A DNA stretch of 64,000 nt from Candidatus Binatia bacterium (lineage in GTDB: Bacteria; Desulfobacterota; Binatia; Bin18), in the NCBI GenBank assembly GCA_963664395.2, contig OY761159.2, forward strand, positions 832,001-896,000, written 5' to 3'. Within the stretch, counting starts at the first letter, position 1; each line of letters starts with the position of its first letter. The position numbers were made by a program, and so were the translations under genes. Positions 9,734 through 19,976 of this stretch are shown here, piece by piece. The notes below the pieces were generated by a model that was not told where the DNA came from, ran no database searches, and saw nothing but the letters and a program-made list of their open reading frames with translations.

Positions 9734-9760
9734 GTAGGAGCGAGATCACCTCGCCCCTAC
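9734..9760. repeat. REP-like palindrome (GTAGG.GCG...CGCCCCTAC family)
   Basis: GTAGGAGCGAGATCACCTCGCCCCTAC; related copies at 19858, 50823, 60725. Confidence 0.7.
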
Positions 9761-9769
9761 AGCACCGTC

Positions 9770-11281
9770 CTATCTCCCAAGCTCCAGAAATCTCGCTAGG
9801 TCAAACTGTTGAGCGGGAACGAGGCCGACTGGAACGTAGTGCGTGTCCAGGTGTTGGCCCTTGCCTGCGGCCAGGCCGCCGTCGGCCATAATCACCGTCC
9901 CTCGATTAACCTTGTCATCAACAGCAATGGCTGCCCGGGCGTCACTACAGACGTTCAGCACCCCCTCCCGCATGAAGCGGGTGTATTCGATCCACAGCAG
10001 GATCGTCCGCCAGTACTCACCAGCCCGGTTGTACGCCTGCTTCCAGCCCGGGATAAACAGGTGCGGCTCAAACTCATAGATTTGCTTCCCGTAGTTGTAA
10101 TAGGGGTCCTTCGGAGTGGCCTCGAGAACGTACATGGGGACAGGAACCCACAGCATGTTCACCGTCCACCACGCTGCATATTTTTTTGAATCATCCTGAT
10201 AGCCAAAATGCAGGTCCTGGTACGGCGGCATAAAGGAACCGGGGACTTTTTTGTACGTATAGTGCGTCGACGGCAGGCCCTGATTGGTAATACGGGCCAC
10301 ATAGTCGTCGGGCGCTTGGCCTACCTTGCGAGACACGGGCAGCAGCGACGTTTTGACACCCAAAAACTTCCAATCCATCATCTCGACCTTGCCGGCGTAA
10401 ATGGGCTCAGCATCGTCTAAGGCGAACTCGGTGCCCAATATCCCTTCAGAACGGTTTGCAGCTGTGAGCCGCCGCATCCGTCGGACAGCCGGGGAGTATA
10501 TCCACACGCTGTCGTTCTTTGTGGGGTCGGCCCAGCGCCAGCTGAGCTGGGCCACGCCAAAGACGTCGGACGGGGCCAGGAAGTAGAAGATTTCCTGAAA
10601 AATGACCGGCCGTTTGATCTGAATGGGTGCGCGGCGAAACTCGATGAGTTGCCGGATCACATGCAGGTCCAAAAGACGCTCATAACCGCCGTCGCGCGGA
10701 CCGGTAAACAGCTTGGCCCCAGGGTCATCGACCTCGTTACACGTTGAGTTGGCTGAAGCCTGGGCATTCCAGATGATCTTGGCCGCTATCTTGCTATTTT
10801 CCTCTGTGAAGTCGAGCTCAGGATACGGGTAGCCCAGAGGCATGGGAAAAGGCCGCTCCCCAGAGGCATCGACGATGCCATTAATATCATCTATGCGGTA
10901 CTTGCCGATGTTATTTTTGGTGGACTCGAAGAACGTCGGGTCCCAAATCCTATTCATGAGGTCGGGCGGATCGAACTGCCCGATCGTAAAGATGTAATCG
11001 CCGTTCTTGGTCCGCTGGTACACCGACTCGGGCACCAGATCCTTAATCAGGTCGGCGTTCTCCGCGGTGATCTGTAGGCCCGGGCTCAGGCTGTGCTTTT
11101 CCATCATCTCCGCCTGGTTCGGTAGCCTCGGCGCATCCGTTGTGCCCCAGCCGAACTCATACGAGGGTGGACAACAGCTGCCCTTTTCATGTTGAACGGC
11201 ATACTCCTCGGCACTGGCCCAGCCGAACAGCAGACTGCTCAGCAGAGCACCTCTCAAGCAATGTTGCATCCATGCGTACAT
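9770..11281 (-). CDS. DUF1329 family periplasmic protein
   Basis: ITAENAD..KDL.PE, WIYSPAVRRMRR, LEATPKDPYYNYGK; signal peptide; RBS AGGAG before ATG 11281. Confidence 0.88.
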   Translation of the reverse strand: MYAWMQHCLRGALLSSLLFGWASAEEYAVQHEKGSCCPPSYEFGWGTTDAPRLPNQAEMMEKHSLSPGLQITAENADLIKDLVPESVYQRTKNGDYIFTIGQFDPPDLMNRIWDPTFFESTKNNIGKYRIDDINGIVDASGERPFPMPLGYPYPELDFTEENSKIAAKIIWNAQASANSTCNEVDDPGAKLFTGPRDGGYERLLDLHVIRQLIEFRRAPIQIKRPVIFQEIFYFLAPSDVFGVAQLSWRWADPTKNDSVWIYSPAVRRMRRLTAANRSEGILGTEFALDDAEPIYAGKVEMMDWKFLGVKTSLLPVSRKVGQAPDDYVARITNQGLPSTHYTYKKVPGSFMPPYQDLHFGYQDDSKKYAAWWTVNMLWVPVPMYVLEATPKDPYYNYGKQIYEFEPHLFIPGWKQAYNRAGEYWRTILLWIEYTRFMREGVLNVCSDARAAIAVDDKVNRGTVIMADGGLAAGKGQHLDTHYVPVGLVPAQQFDLARFLELGR

Positions 11282-11320
11282 ACAATTCTCCTTTCTCAAT
11301 CAGATCAGATTTCAATCAGA

Positions 11321-12961
11321 TCAGAAGAGTAAATAGTCAATCCGAAAGGCGATATTATCCCAGTCCTTTGTCAGGCCAACACCGGTGGGACCGTCAAAAC
11401 GCCCTTCGATATAATTATATTCTATGCGGAAACGCCACGGGTCATTGATAAAGGTGAGCTGAGGCTGTATGAGCCACGACCCGCTCCAGTCGTAGATCAC
11501 GACGAACTGGGGCATCACCTGAGCCAAACCAAAGAAGAATGAGGCATTATACAGCGTATTGGCTATGAAGGTGCTATAATGAGCGTTTCTGTACAGGTTA
11601 GCGAAGCGATTTTTGTTTCCCCCATTATGCTTGCTCAGAGAAAGCGGAATTCTGAGCCCGCTCACGCTTCCCTGGATGCTGCGGTGGAAGTGTTGCGCCG
11701 AAAGAAAGAAGGTGTTGGCAGGATTCAGAGACCGGAACCACTGGGTATGGTCAAGGCCGAACGCCCATTGGATCACGTCCCGCTTGGGGATCCGATCTCC
11801 CACGGCGAGGTTCTCGTTCTCCTTGAAGAATGCCCGGCCAAAAGAGCCCGCTATTTCCGCACGAAAGACGCTGTAGGTGAGGTTCTTTAAGATGGGCACC
11901 TGAAACTGGGAAACAGGGGCAGAGGCCGTAGCACCGACAAGCTGGTAGTTATTGTTATTCTTGATTTTGAGGACCAGGTCTTCTCGATTACTCGTCTCTT
12001 CGAGATTGATTGTCGTCCCAATGTCCTCGGCATTATAGGTTGTGAGCCAATTCAGGGTAACGGTGGTATCTCCTATGGTTGACAGCAACCGTACCCCTGC
12101 CCGGCTGTCTCCCAGGTTTCTGTCTGGACGAGGATTCTGGGTACCGATGAAGTCACAGCCGGCCCTATCGGCACACGCGTCAAGAGACGCATTAAACGTC
12201 GGCGCGATGGTTGTATTGAGGGCTCCAGGCGTGACATCCCATGGCTGGCCCCCGACCCCTTCTAGGGGGTTGCGGTTATCGGGCGCAATGAAAGCTTGGA
12301 GGGTGAGGTTGTAGATGTTCCAGTCGGGAAATTCCGCTAACCCCAGCGAGAATCGGACCATAGTGAGTGGCCGGCGTCGCTCGTCCAGGGGAAGCAGAAA
12401 TCCGCCAAAGCCATTATCGAGGGGGTTAATCTGGTCGATCACGCGAAAGATGTCGGTTTCTCCCCAGGAAAGGTTTTGTCGCCCGGCCCGAATGTTGAAC
12501 CGGCCGCCGAGGTGCGACGTCTCCCCGTATAATTCGAAAATCTGAAAGCGGCTTGCGTTCTGCAGATCATAAGGTCTGAGATTGCGGTAACCGGCTGGTC
12601 CGTAATCGTAGACAGCGTCGTATTCAAAGCGAGGATTGAACAAGAACCGCGCCTCATGGATACTGAGCGCTTCCTGAATGAGGCTGCCGCCCGGGACACG
12701 GTCGAACCACGGAGTCACCGTAACCCGGATCGTGGGATCTAAGAAGAAGCGGTGCTGGAACATATTCCCGGCTGATGCTTTCGTGTTGGCTCCCCGCGAG
12801 TCGTTGAGACGCATCCTATATTGGGTATAAAACGTCGACGTGAAAATCATCGTTTGGGCATCGTCAAGATAGAGCGCACTCGCAGGCCGGACACCGAGGA
12901 AACCTACGACAAGCCACCCCACAAGACCGAGCAACGCATACCATTTTCTCCCTCTACGCAT
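11321..12961 (-). CDS. DUF1302 family outer-membrane beta-barrel
   Basis: Signal peptide, IRAGRQNLSWGETD, D..NPLD, C-terminal DNIAFRIDYLLF; RBS GGAGG before ATG 12961. Confidence 0.85.
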   Translation of the reverse strand: MRRGRKWYALLGLVGWLVVGFLGVRPASALYLDDAQTMIFTSTFYTQYRMRLNDSRGANTKASAGNMFQHRFFLDPTIRVTVTPWFDRVPGGSLIQEALSIHEARFLFNPRFEYDAVYDYGPAGYRNLRPYDLQNASRFQIFELYGETSHLGGRFNIRAGRQNLSWGETDIFRVIDQINPLDNGFGGFLLPLDERRRPLTMVRFSLGLAEFPDWNIYNLTLQAFIAPDNRNPLEGVGGQPWDVTPGALNTTIAPTFNASLDACADRAGCDFIGTQNPRPDRNLGDSRAGVRLLSTIGDTTVTLNWLTTYNAEDIGTTINLEETSNREDLVLKIKNNNNYQLVGATASAPVSQFQVPILKNLTYSVFRAEIAGSFGRAFFKENENLAVGDRIPKRDVIQWAFGLDHTQWFRSLNPANTFFLSAQHFHRSIQGSVSGLRIPLSLSKHNGGNKNRFANLYRNAHYSTFIANTLYNASFFFGLAQVMPQFVVIYDWSGSWLIQPQLTFINDPWRFRIEYNYIEGRFDGPTGVGLTKDWDNIAFRIDYLLF

Positions 12962-12992
12962 TTTTCTCCCTCCTTCCTGAGAAATCCTTCGA

Positions 12993-14756
12993 TTAACTAG
13001 GCTGACCGTGACGCAGCAGTTTGCCTGGAGTGGCCCCAGTACACTTCCCATCCTCAAAGATCGTCTGCCCGTTGACCAAGATGTGCCGATACCCCTCAGC
13101 CCGCTGGACCCGCCGCCACTCGCCAGCCGGCAGATCGTAGACAACCTCGTCGGGTAAGGCCTCCAGCTTGTCCAGATCGTAGATGATAATATCGGCCGCC
13201 AACCCCTCACGTAGCGTGCCCCGATCCTTAAAACCTCCTGCCCAGGCCATCAGCCCGCTCAAGCGAAAATGGGCCTCCTCCAGGGAGAGGAGTCCTCCAT
13301 CCCGCGCCATCCAGGCCAGCACCTCCGTGGGGTAGATGCCCGCAGTGAGGAATTTGACGTGCGCGCCCCCATCCGACAGCCCAGTCAGAATATAGGGCGA
13401 ATTCATCATCTGCCGGTAGTTCTCCACCTCGGCGCCGACCGCTGGTCCGGTCCATTCCGTCCTCAGATTATCGGCCACCGACAGATCCAGCATGGCATCA
13501 ATAATGTGTTTGTTCTCCTGCTCGGCAATCTGCCCGACCGATAACCCCTCATACTGTGCCTTGAGATCTTCCTGACGCACTTTTCTGGCGATGTACCGAG
13601 GAAGGTCCCCAAAGATAAAATCGCTGGCTTTGGTACTCGTCTCGTATTCCTCCCGCATCGCCTGGCGGATTTTGGGGTCAGACATCTTAGCCTTTTTCTC
13701 CTCCAGGGTGCCCACGGTGGCTGCCCGCCAGGCCGGACTATCGTCAAACAGGTTCCAGTCCTCCAACGTCATCCGCGCCGGCATGCGTGCCGTCAAACCA
13801 TGTCCGAGCACCTGAATCCCCCTGGCATTGAACTCGGTGATCTGCTGCAGCTGTGCCTGTTGGACTTCAAGCAGACGGTCATTGACCACGACGGAAGCGA
13901 ATACCACCGGCCGGCCACTCAGCTCAGCCAGCTGCGCACAGAAGTCGAGGTCGCGCGATGTTCCAAACTTGCCACCACCCTCTTCCGCCGCAGCGGTGGC
14001 GTGCATCAGCTCGATGAAGCCGCCTTCAGTCCTCTCCCCTAACGCCCGCGCCATCGTCAAATAGAACTCATCGGGCAGGAGATCCGTAATCATCGGGGTG
14101 CCATCATAATCCCGCTGGAACGAGCCTCTGCCCTCAGGGCTTTCGGGAATCAGGCGTTGGGTTGACCAGCCCACGGCGCCCGCATCCATCGCGCCATGGA
14201 AGTGCTGCAAAATCTCTCCCATCTCCTGCTCGTTTGGAAAGCGCTCCTTCGCCTCGTCAAACCCGCCCATCACATAGGCCACGGCTGGCCCAATCGGAAA
14301 CATATGCGAGATGTTGATCCCCAGCGGCAGGCGCTCCAGACGATCCATGTATTGCGGGAAGGTCTCCCAGTCGACCTTCATAGATGCCCGCATCGACTCC
14401 ACGGGGATCGCCTCGTTGCGTGCCAAGGACAGCATAGCCCGCTCCACATCCTTGGCACGCACCGGGGCAAACCCAAATCCACAGTTGCCGATAGTCACCG
14501 AGGTCACGCCATGCCAGCTGCCCATGGTACAGTAGGGATCCCAGTGCACCTGGGCATCATAGTGGGTATGTAGGTCAATGACGCCTGGGGCCACAATGAG
14601 TCCCGTGGCATCGATCACCTGGGCCGCGTCACTGGTCTTCAGCCGACCGGTTTTGGCGACCTTGCCGTTCTTGATGCCGAGGTCGGCGCGGTAACGCGGT
14701 ACCCGGGTTCCATCGATTATGGTGCCGCCTTTGATCAGCGTATCGAACTCTGTCAT
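12993..14756 (-). CDS. Amidohydrolase, N-acyl-D-amino-acid deacylase family
   Basis: IKGGTIIDGT, APGVIDLHTHYD, GNCGFG, SDGGAH, GLAADI. Confidence 0.92.
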   Translation of the reverse strand: MTEFDTLIKGGTIIDGTRVPRYRADLGIKNGKVAKTGRLKTSDAAQVIDATGLIVAPGVIDLHTHYDAQVHWDPYCTMGSWHGVTSVTIGNCGFGFAPVRAKDVERAMLSLARNEAIPVESMRASMKVDWETFPQYMDRLERLPLGINISHMFPIGPAVAYVMGGFDEAKERFPNEQEMGEILQHFHGAMDAGAVGWSTQRLIPESPEGRGSFQRDYDGTPMITDLLPDEFYLTMARALGERTEGGFIELMHATAAAEEGGGKFGTSRDLDFCAQLAELSGRPVVFASVVVNDRLLEVQQAQLQQITEFNARGIQVLGHGLTARMPARMTLEDWNLFDDSPAWRAATVGTLEEKKAKMSDPKIRQAMREEYETSTKASDFIFGDLPRYIARKVRQEDLKAQYEGLSVGQIAEQENKHIIDAMLDLSVADNLRTEWTGPAVGAEVENYRQMMNSPYILTGLSDGGAHVKFLTAGIYPTEVLAWMARDGGLLSLEEAHFRLSGLMAWAGGFKDRGTLREGLAADIIIYDLDKLEALPDEVVYDLPAGEWRRVQRAEGYRHILVNGQTIFEDGKCTGATPGKLLRHGQPS

Positions 14757-14807
14757 AAGCCCCTCCTGTTGGTTACAGAGTTAACTGATTACCCTATCTT
14801 AATAGTA

Positions 14808-14837
14808 CCTGAGTAAAAAATTGAACGTTCACTCAGG
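14808..14837. promoter_or_regulatory. Possible operator upstream of the amidohydrolase operon
   Basis: Palindrome TGAACGTTCA (14822-14831) and inverted pair CCTGAGT...ACTCAGG, 50-80 nt upstream of the start codon. Confidence 0.35.
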
Positions 14838-15077
14838 TGATCTCCTTGACTTTGCCATAAACGAACTATCTATGTCAACACTGAGTCCGCCAGAGCGCAT
14901 TGCGCTCGTCGTGGCGAGAGGAACAAAAAAGTAGCGTGCGCTGTGCGCACGACAAATTCCGCAAATTGCGTTGCGATTCCAAGGGTTTACAGTTTATTGG
15001 GAGTAAATCCGAAAATTTTGTTCATGAGCAGCGGGAACGTAGCGGAAGCGAAGAATCTCATACCAAGGCTGCTCTCT

Positions 15078-15608
15078 TTAGCTCCTTGCCGCGAAAAACA
15101 GCTTGCGCACCTCCCAGCGGATCACCGATCCCACTAGGACAACCCGTGGACCATCGTCCACCTGGGCATACACACTGGTACGGCCTGGATTGTGACTACC
15201 AAGTGCCAGGGTACGTGAGTTCCCCTCCTCAGAGAGGAGTGAGATACTGGTGGCTGGACGATCGAGGCCATACTCCGGAAGCCTTGCTAATCCATCCGCA
15301 ACTTCCCCGATTTCCATAAGCCCCTCAAGGCTTTGTAGAAAATCTGTCATCCCTCCCGTACGGAGTTCCTGCATCTCGGGCTCTACTTTCCACCCCTCTG
15401 GCGTGCGTTGGCAAACAAGACTCTCTCCCTCGTACACAACTTCTACTCTCACCACCTCCCGCGGGTTAAACTTCAGCACCCGGCGCTGGCGGGCCTCTTG
15501 TCTGGCAGCCTCGTTAGTCCCAAGAGTGGTGAGATAGGTATAGCTCCCAAGGACCAGCACTCCTGCCGCAAGCAGGATAACACGACGCGCTTCGGCCGAA
15601 AGCGTCAT
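15078..15608 (-). CDS. DUF4340 family protein
   Basis: N-terminal TM, LPEYGLDRP, LALGSHNP...YA; ATGA overlap with the upstream GldG-like stop. Confidence 0.8.
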   Translation of the reverse strand: MTLSAEARRVILLAAGVLVLGSYTYLTTLGTNEAARQEARQRRVLKFNPREVVRVEVVYEGESLVCQRTPEGWKVEPEMQELRTGGMTDFLQSLEGLMEIGEVADGLARLPEYGLDRPATSISLLSEEGNSRTLALGSHNPGRTSVYAQVDDGPRVVLVGSVIRWEVRKLFFAARS

Positions 15609-17008
15609 CCCCACCGCCTCCGATACAAGAACACACTCGTTCCCACCACAAAGATCAGACCAGGCTCTAGGACAACCATGATCCAAAAGAACATCCGCGC
15701 CTGGGCCTGCGTAATATACAGGCTCTGCACTGCGGTCCGCCCTGCGGCGGGCACATCCTCTGCGCGCCCAGTCGCCACCAGTTCCTCCCTGCCTACAAGC
15801 CACCCCACCGTAGTCATAAAAAAATCCATGTTGCCCGGTATCCGAGCATAGAAGTTCGTCACAAAGTCCGAATCTCCTAAAACAACCACTTTCCCCTCTC
15901 CCTCCTCCGCGCCACCAACTGTAGCCACGGCCGCCACGGGCACCGGTCCGCGTGTATCTTCTCCAGCCCGATACTGGAGATCCCCCTGCCTTATCCGCTC
16001 CCGACTGCGCTGGGTCCAGCTGTCCGGGCTGGAAAAGGCAAAGGCTTGAGCCTTTCCCCCCTGTACCTCTACCGGCCGCACCAGCGGCATCAGTACTGGC
16101 CCCTTAAGTTCTCTGGGGAACACCTCTTCGACAGAGTTGGGAATAACCGGCATCAACGGATCTCCCCCAGTCAGCCGGGCTTGCGTGTCCACCACTACGC
16201 CATCCTCTAACACAAAACCAAAACGGGCCAGATGCTGGCAGAGTTCTGGTACTGTGTACGGGTCGATCATAAAAATTGCTCTTCCGCCAGAAGTAAGATA
16301 GGCCGAGAAGGGTTCTAATTCATCAGGCAAGAATTCCTCTCGAGGACCGCCCACCACTACTAAGTGAGCATCCGCGGGTATCTGCGCGTTTCGGTAGAGC
16401 GACAGAGGGAGGACTCGGTAGTTCTCTGTTTCCAGCATCATTTTTAGCAACCCAAACCCCGTCCGCCCCTGTCGGTCCCTGAGGCTTCTCTCCCCATGCC
16501 CAGACACAAAGTAGACGGTTTTGACCGGCTGGCTTAAGCGCAAAAGAGCATTCAGAACCTCCGGCTGAGCAGTGTTAGAGAGAATGATCCGGTCCCCTTT
16601 GGTCTCCACAACCGCCTCCCCATAGTGGGAGACTTCATACTCCTGCGCCAGTCCCGGCGTCCGATCGAGATCAAACAGCCGGTAGCTGAAAAGAGGATTC
16701 TCTTGAGCCATCAGACTCAAAAGGTCGTCATGCTTGTCCCGCTCCCCCCGCTGGTAGAAGACCGTGATCCGCATCTCTCGGTCCAGGGCCTGCACCACCT
16801 TTTGCATCAGGGGCGAGAGACTGTATTCCTTGGTCGGGGTGAGGTCAAAGCGCAGGTTTGTACGCTCCGAAAGGGTAATTAACAAAACGGCAATAACAAG
16901 GATGAGAACGATTTCCACCCCAAGAAGGCAGGAACGCCTGACAGACTCACGGCCAAGCCCCTCGGAAAGATAGGCCAAGCCCCTCGGGTATACTCTTAGC
17001 ATAGTCAT
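15605..17008 (-). CDS. GldG-like ABC-type auxiliary component
   Basis: RFDLT..K.YSLS, VYFVSGHGE, VVVLGDSDF, C-terminal TM. Confidence 0.88.
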   Translation of the reverse strand: MTMLRVYPRGLAYLSEGLGRESVRRSCLLGVEIVLILVIAVLLITLSERTNLRFDLTPTKEYSLSPLMQKVVQALDREMRITVFYQRGERDKHDDLLSLMAQENPLFSYRLFDLDRTPGLAQEYEVSHYGEAVVETKGDRIILSNTAQPEVLNALLRLSQPVKTVYFVSGHGERSLRDRQGRTGFGLLKMMLETENYRVLPLSLYRNAQIPADAHLVVVGGPREEFLPDELEPFSAYLTSGGRAIFMIDPYTVPELCQHLARFGFVLEDGVVVDTQARLTGGDPLMPVIPNSVEEVFPRELKGPVLMPLVRPVEVQGGKAQAFAFSSPDSWTQRSRERIRQGDLQYRAGEDTRGPVPVAAVATVGGAEEGEGKVVVLGDSDFVTNFYARIPGNMDFFMTTVGWLVGREELVATGRAEDVPAAGRTAVQSLYITQAQARMFFWIMVVLEPGLIFVVGTSVFLYRRRWG

Positions 17009-17047
17009 CCTTAATAGCAGGTGTTTGAGTAGACCCAGCTCAACGAC

Positions 17048-17791
17048 TCACCGCATCCCCCTCCACTTCCGTGACTCAAGCGACTGCACGGTGAAATAGA
17101 GAAACACCAGCGTCATCATCACAAAGAACGTCATGTCATTGGTGTTGATCACGCCTTTGGAAAAATCCTCAAAACGGTCAAACAACGACAGGCGGCTCAC
17201 GACCGCAATCAGCTCGGGTCCGAACGCCTCCTCGTTCCAGTTGACAAACCAGAGCAAAACCAGCACACCATAGGTGGAAAAGGCGCTCACCACCTGGTTT
17301 TCTGTCAGTGAAGAGAGAAAGGTCCCACAGGCAATAAACGCCGCGCTCAAAAGCAGCACTCCCAGATATCCCACCAGTGGCGGCCCCCAGGCAAGCGGAT
17401 AGACTGAGGCCAGTAGTAGCGGATAGACGAGGGTGCAGGCAACCATTATCCCAAAGATAAAAAAGCAACTAAGAAATTTTCCAAGGATGATAGAGGAGTC
17501 CCTGAGCGGATAGGTCCCCAGCAGCTCGATGGTCCCCAGCTTCTTTTCCTCAGCAAAAAGCCGCATAGTTAGCAGCGGAATAATGAGCAGAGTCACAAAG
17601 CGTAAGTCCAGGAAATAAAACTGCCAAAGCGTCGAGGTAGTACTCGAAAAGGTGCCAAAGAGGTCAGAAAAGATCAGGTCAGTATAAAAAAAATACCCGG
17701 ACAGCACAAGAAATGCCGCCGTGAGGGCATACGCGAGAAAGGACCCAAAGTAGACAAGGAGCTCCTTTTTGAAAACACACCACCACTTCAT
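17048..17791 (-). CDS. GldF-like ABC-2 permease
   Basis: KKEL..YF.S, PLLTMRLFAEEKKLGTIELL.T.P, SSLTENQVV. Confidence 0.9.
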   Translation of the reverse strand: MKWWCVFKKELLVYFGSFLAYALTAAFLVLSGYFFYTDLIFSDLFGTFSSTTSTLWQFYFLDLRFVTLLIIPLLTMRLFAEEKKLGTIELLGTYPLRDSSIILGKFLSCFFIFGIMVACTLVYPLLLASVYPLAWGPPLVGYLGVLLLSAAFIACGTFLSSLTENQVVSAFSTYGVLVLLWFVNWNEEAFGPELIAVVSRLSLFDRFEDFSKGVINTNDMTFFVMMTLVFLYFTVQSLESRKWRGMR

Positions 17792-17835
17792 GCCAACTCC
17801 TCCCATCGACTAGAAATTGGCCGCCTTGTCCAACT

Positions 17836-18810
17836 TCACTCTGCTCGGCCTCCGTCTGATTCATGGATTAGTTTCAGATACAGGTCCTCCAGCGTGGGCT
17901 CCAAACGGCGCATCTCGATCAGTCCCCAGCCGTGTTGCAGAACCGTCCGACTCACCTCCCGACCGATTTCCGCCCCATCATATTCCAGGACCAACGACGC
18001 CGTTTTTCGTTCTTCTTGGTCTCTGCCTCCTATCCTCTGACTTTCATCTTTCTCCACCCGTATCACGCCTGGCAGCTGGGAGAACATATTCATCGCCTCA
18101 TCCCTTGGCCCATCAACTTCCACCCGTATCCGGCGGGTACTCTCGAGCTGGGCCTGTAATGCATCCAGCGGCTCTGACGCCAGAATCCGACCGCGGTTGA
18201 TGAGGATGACACGGTCACACACCGTGCTCACCTCAGGCAAGATATGGGTGGATAGGATAACGGTTCGCTCTTCTCCCAGCTCCCGGATCAGATGACGGAT
18301 CTCGACGACTTGCTCTGGGTCCAAACCGATCGTGGGCTCGTCTAAAATCAAGACCTCAGGCTCGTGGATCAGCGTCTGGGCGATACCCACCCGCTGGCGA
18401 AAGCCCTTGGAAAGATGGCCGATAATGCGGTTTTGCACGTCTTGTAAACCACAGTTCTCAATAACCCGCTCAACTTCTTTTGTCCGTCGCCCTCGTGGGA
18501 CATCCTTGGCTTCAGCCGCAAAACGGAGAAAGGCCCGCACCGATAGGTCCAGATAGACCGACGCCTTTTCTGGGAAATACCCAAGCATCCGTCTCACCTC
18601 AAGTGAATGAGAAATGACATCATACCCTCCGACCCTGACTTTTCCAGACATGGGTGGAAAGAAGCAAGCCAGAATGCGCATCACCGTGCTCTTACCAGCG
18701 CCATTCGGGCCAAGAAAACCGACCACCTCACCCCGGGCCACCTGAAAAGAAGCCTGATCAACAGCAAGAACAGACCCGAAACGCTTGCTGACGTTATCAA
18801 CCTCAATCAT
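17836..18810 (-). CDS. GldA-like ABC transporter ATP-binding protein
   Basis: GPNGAGKST, LSKGFRQRVG, LILDEPTIGLDP, STHIL. Confidence 0.93.
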   Translation of the reverse strand: MIEVDNVSKRFGSVLAVDQASFQVARGEVVGFLGPNGAGKSTVMRILACFFPPMSGKVRVGGYDVISHSLEVRRMLGYFPEKASVYLDLSVRAFLRFAAEAKDVPRGRRTKEVERVIENCGLQDVQNRIIGHLSKGFRQRVGIAQTLIHEPEVLILDEPTIGLDPEQVVEIRHLIRELGEERTVILSTHILPEVSTVCDRVILINRGRILASEPLDALQAQLESTRRIRVEVDGPRDEAMNMFSQLPGVIRVEKDESQRIGGRDQEERKTASLVLEYDGAEIGREVSRTVLQHGWGLIEMRRLEPTLEDLYLKLIHESDGGRAE

Positions 18811-18947
18811 AATTCCCCTATGATGCAGCGCTAACATGCCTAATACAAGAGAGGGAGGCTTCTCTTCCTTACTCCAGGCAGAAAATGAGGGTACGTCACC
18901 CGCGTCATACTCCGTGATAGGGAAAGCGGACGGTTCACTCTATGGAC

Positions 18948-19376
18948 TTACGGCTTCTTCAGATCGTAGGGTAAGCTGTAGGAGTTGTACGCTGCTGGCA
19001 ACTCCAAAGAACGGGCGGCCTGCTGTTGCAACCGCGACAGGTATCCCTTTAACGCCGGTCCGCACTGGGAATCTTGAAGGCAATTCAGATAGATCTGAGG
19101 ATGTTCGGTCATGGTTTTTTGCCAGACCAGTACAAGCTCCTCAGATTCTGACGCAGGAATCACACTTGCCGACGAAGCCGGCGCAGGAGCAGAAGAACGC
19201 GGCCGGGCTACCTGGGCTGGCGTCGATTGGCTCTTGGTTCGTCCTCTGCCGAACGCTCTGCCAATCGTTGCATCGACGAACTCCTGTTGTTGTAGAGGCG
19301 AACAGCCGCCAAGGAGGGTGAGCAGATAAAGACCACTGAGAGAAACAATCGTCCATGCTCTGAATTGTGCTTCCAT
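18948..19376 (-). CDS. Hypothetical lipoprotein
   Basis: Lipobox LGGC; RBS AGGA; Pro/Ala/Ser-rich linker. Confidence 0.6.
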   Translation of the reverse strand: MEAQFRAWTIVSLSGLYLLTLLGGCSPLQQQEFVDATIGRAFGRGRTKSQSTPAQVARPRSSAPAPASSASVIPASESEELVLVWQKTMTEHPQIYLNCLQDSQCGPALKGYLSRLQQQAARSLELPAAYNSYSLPYDLKKP

Positions 19377-19544
19377 CTTTCTTTCCTATATCAGGGAAAT
19401 GCAATAAGTATCCGAACACCCAAGCATCCATAATAAGCACGATATTGAGTCCAACCACAATAACATTGACACAGAAACTCACCTGAGAGTGTAGTTCTAC
19501 AGTTGACTGAAAGCACCGAGGAATAAGAAGGGCACCTCGTGGCG

Positions 19545-19775
19545 ATGGCCCAGACCGAAAAACCAACTCCCAGCCTCCCTATGAATGGAGCTGCATATTT
19601 GGAAAGCCTGCGGAAGGGTTGGGAGGCGATCGGTAGCGAGTTTGGTGGGTGTCACGAATTGTCCGAACGGAACTACGCCAGCCCTCTAGAAAGTATAAAG
19701 GTTGAGACCTATCTCTCGGCCCAGGTCTCTGGAGACCAGGACTATCTCGCCCAGATGGTAGTAAGGTTGTCTTAG
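19545..19775 (+). pseudogene. Remnant of 4-hydroxyphenylacetate 3-monooxygenase (HpaB-family), internally deleted
   Basis: N-terminal PMNGAAYLESLR joined directly to C-terminal WEAIGSEFGGCHELSERNYA. Confidence 0.75.
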
Positions 19776-19857
19776 CGACTCCGATTTGAACGGTTGGACA
19801 AAGCCAACGTTGCTGTCACCGATGTGGCGAAATGGGGGGGAATGGGCAGAAGAGACA

Positions 19858-19883
19858 TAGGGACGGGATCACCTCGCCCCTAC
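19858..19883. repeat. REP-like palindrome
   Basis: TAGGGACGGGATCACCTCGCCCCTAC; shares GATCACCTCGCCCCTACAG with the copy at 9744. Confidence 0.65.
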
Positions 19884-19976
19884 AGGCTACTTTTTCATCG
19901 ATTCTTCAAATGACTTGACTTGTTTCTTAGCCACCCGGTCACGCAATCTCAACAGAACGAGCCGCATCCTCAGCCG

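Noticed and set aside
11297-11327. Duplicated CAATCAGATCAGA, and similar short duplications near 62899 and 63692
   Set aside because: Two to three copies only; consistent with neutral local duplication
15078-18810. Gliding motility locus
   Set aside because: GldAFG-like ABC systems are widespread and no other motility genes are present
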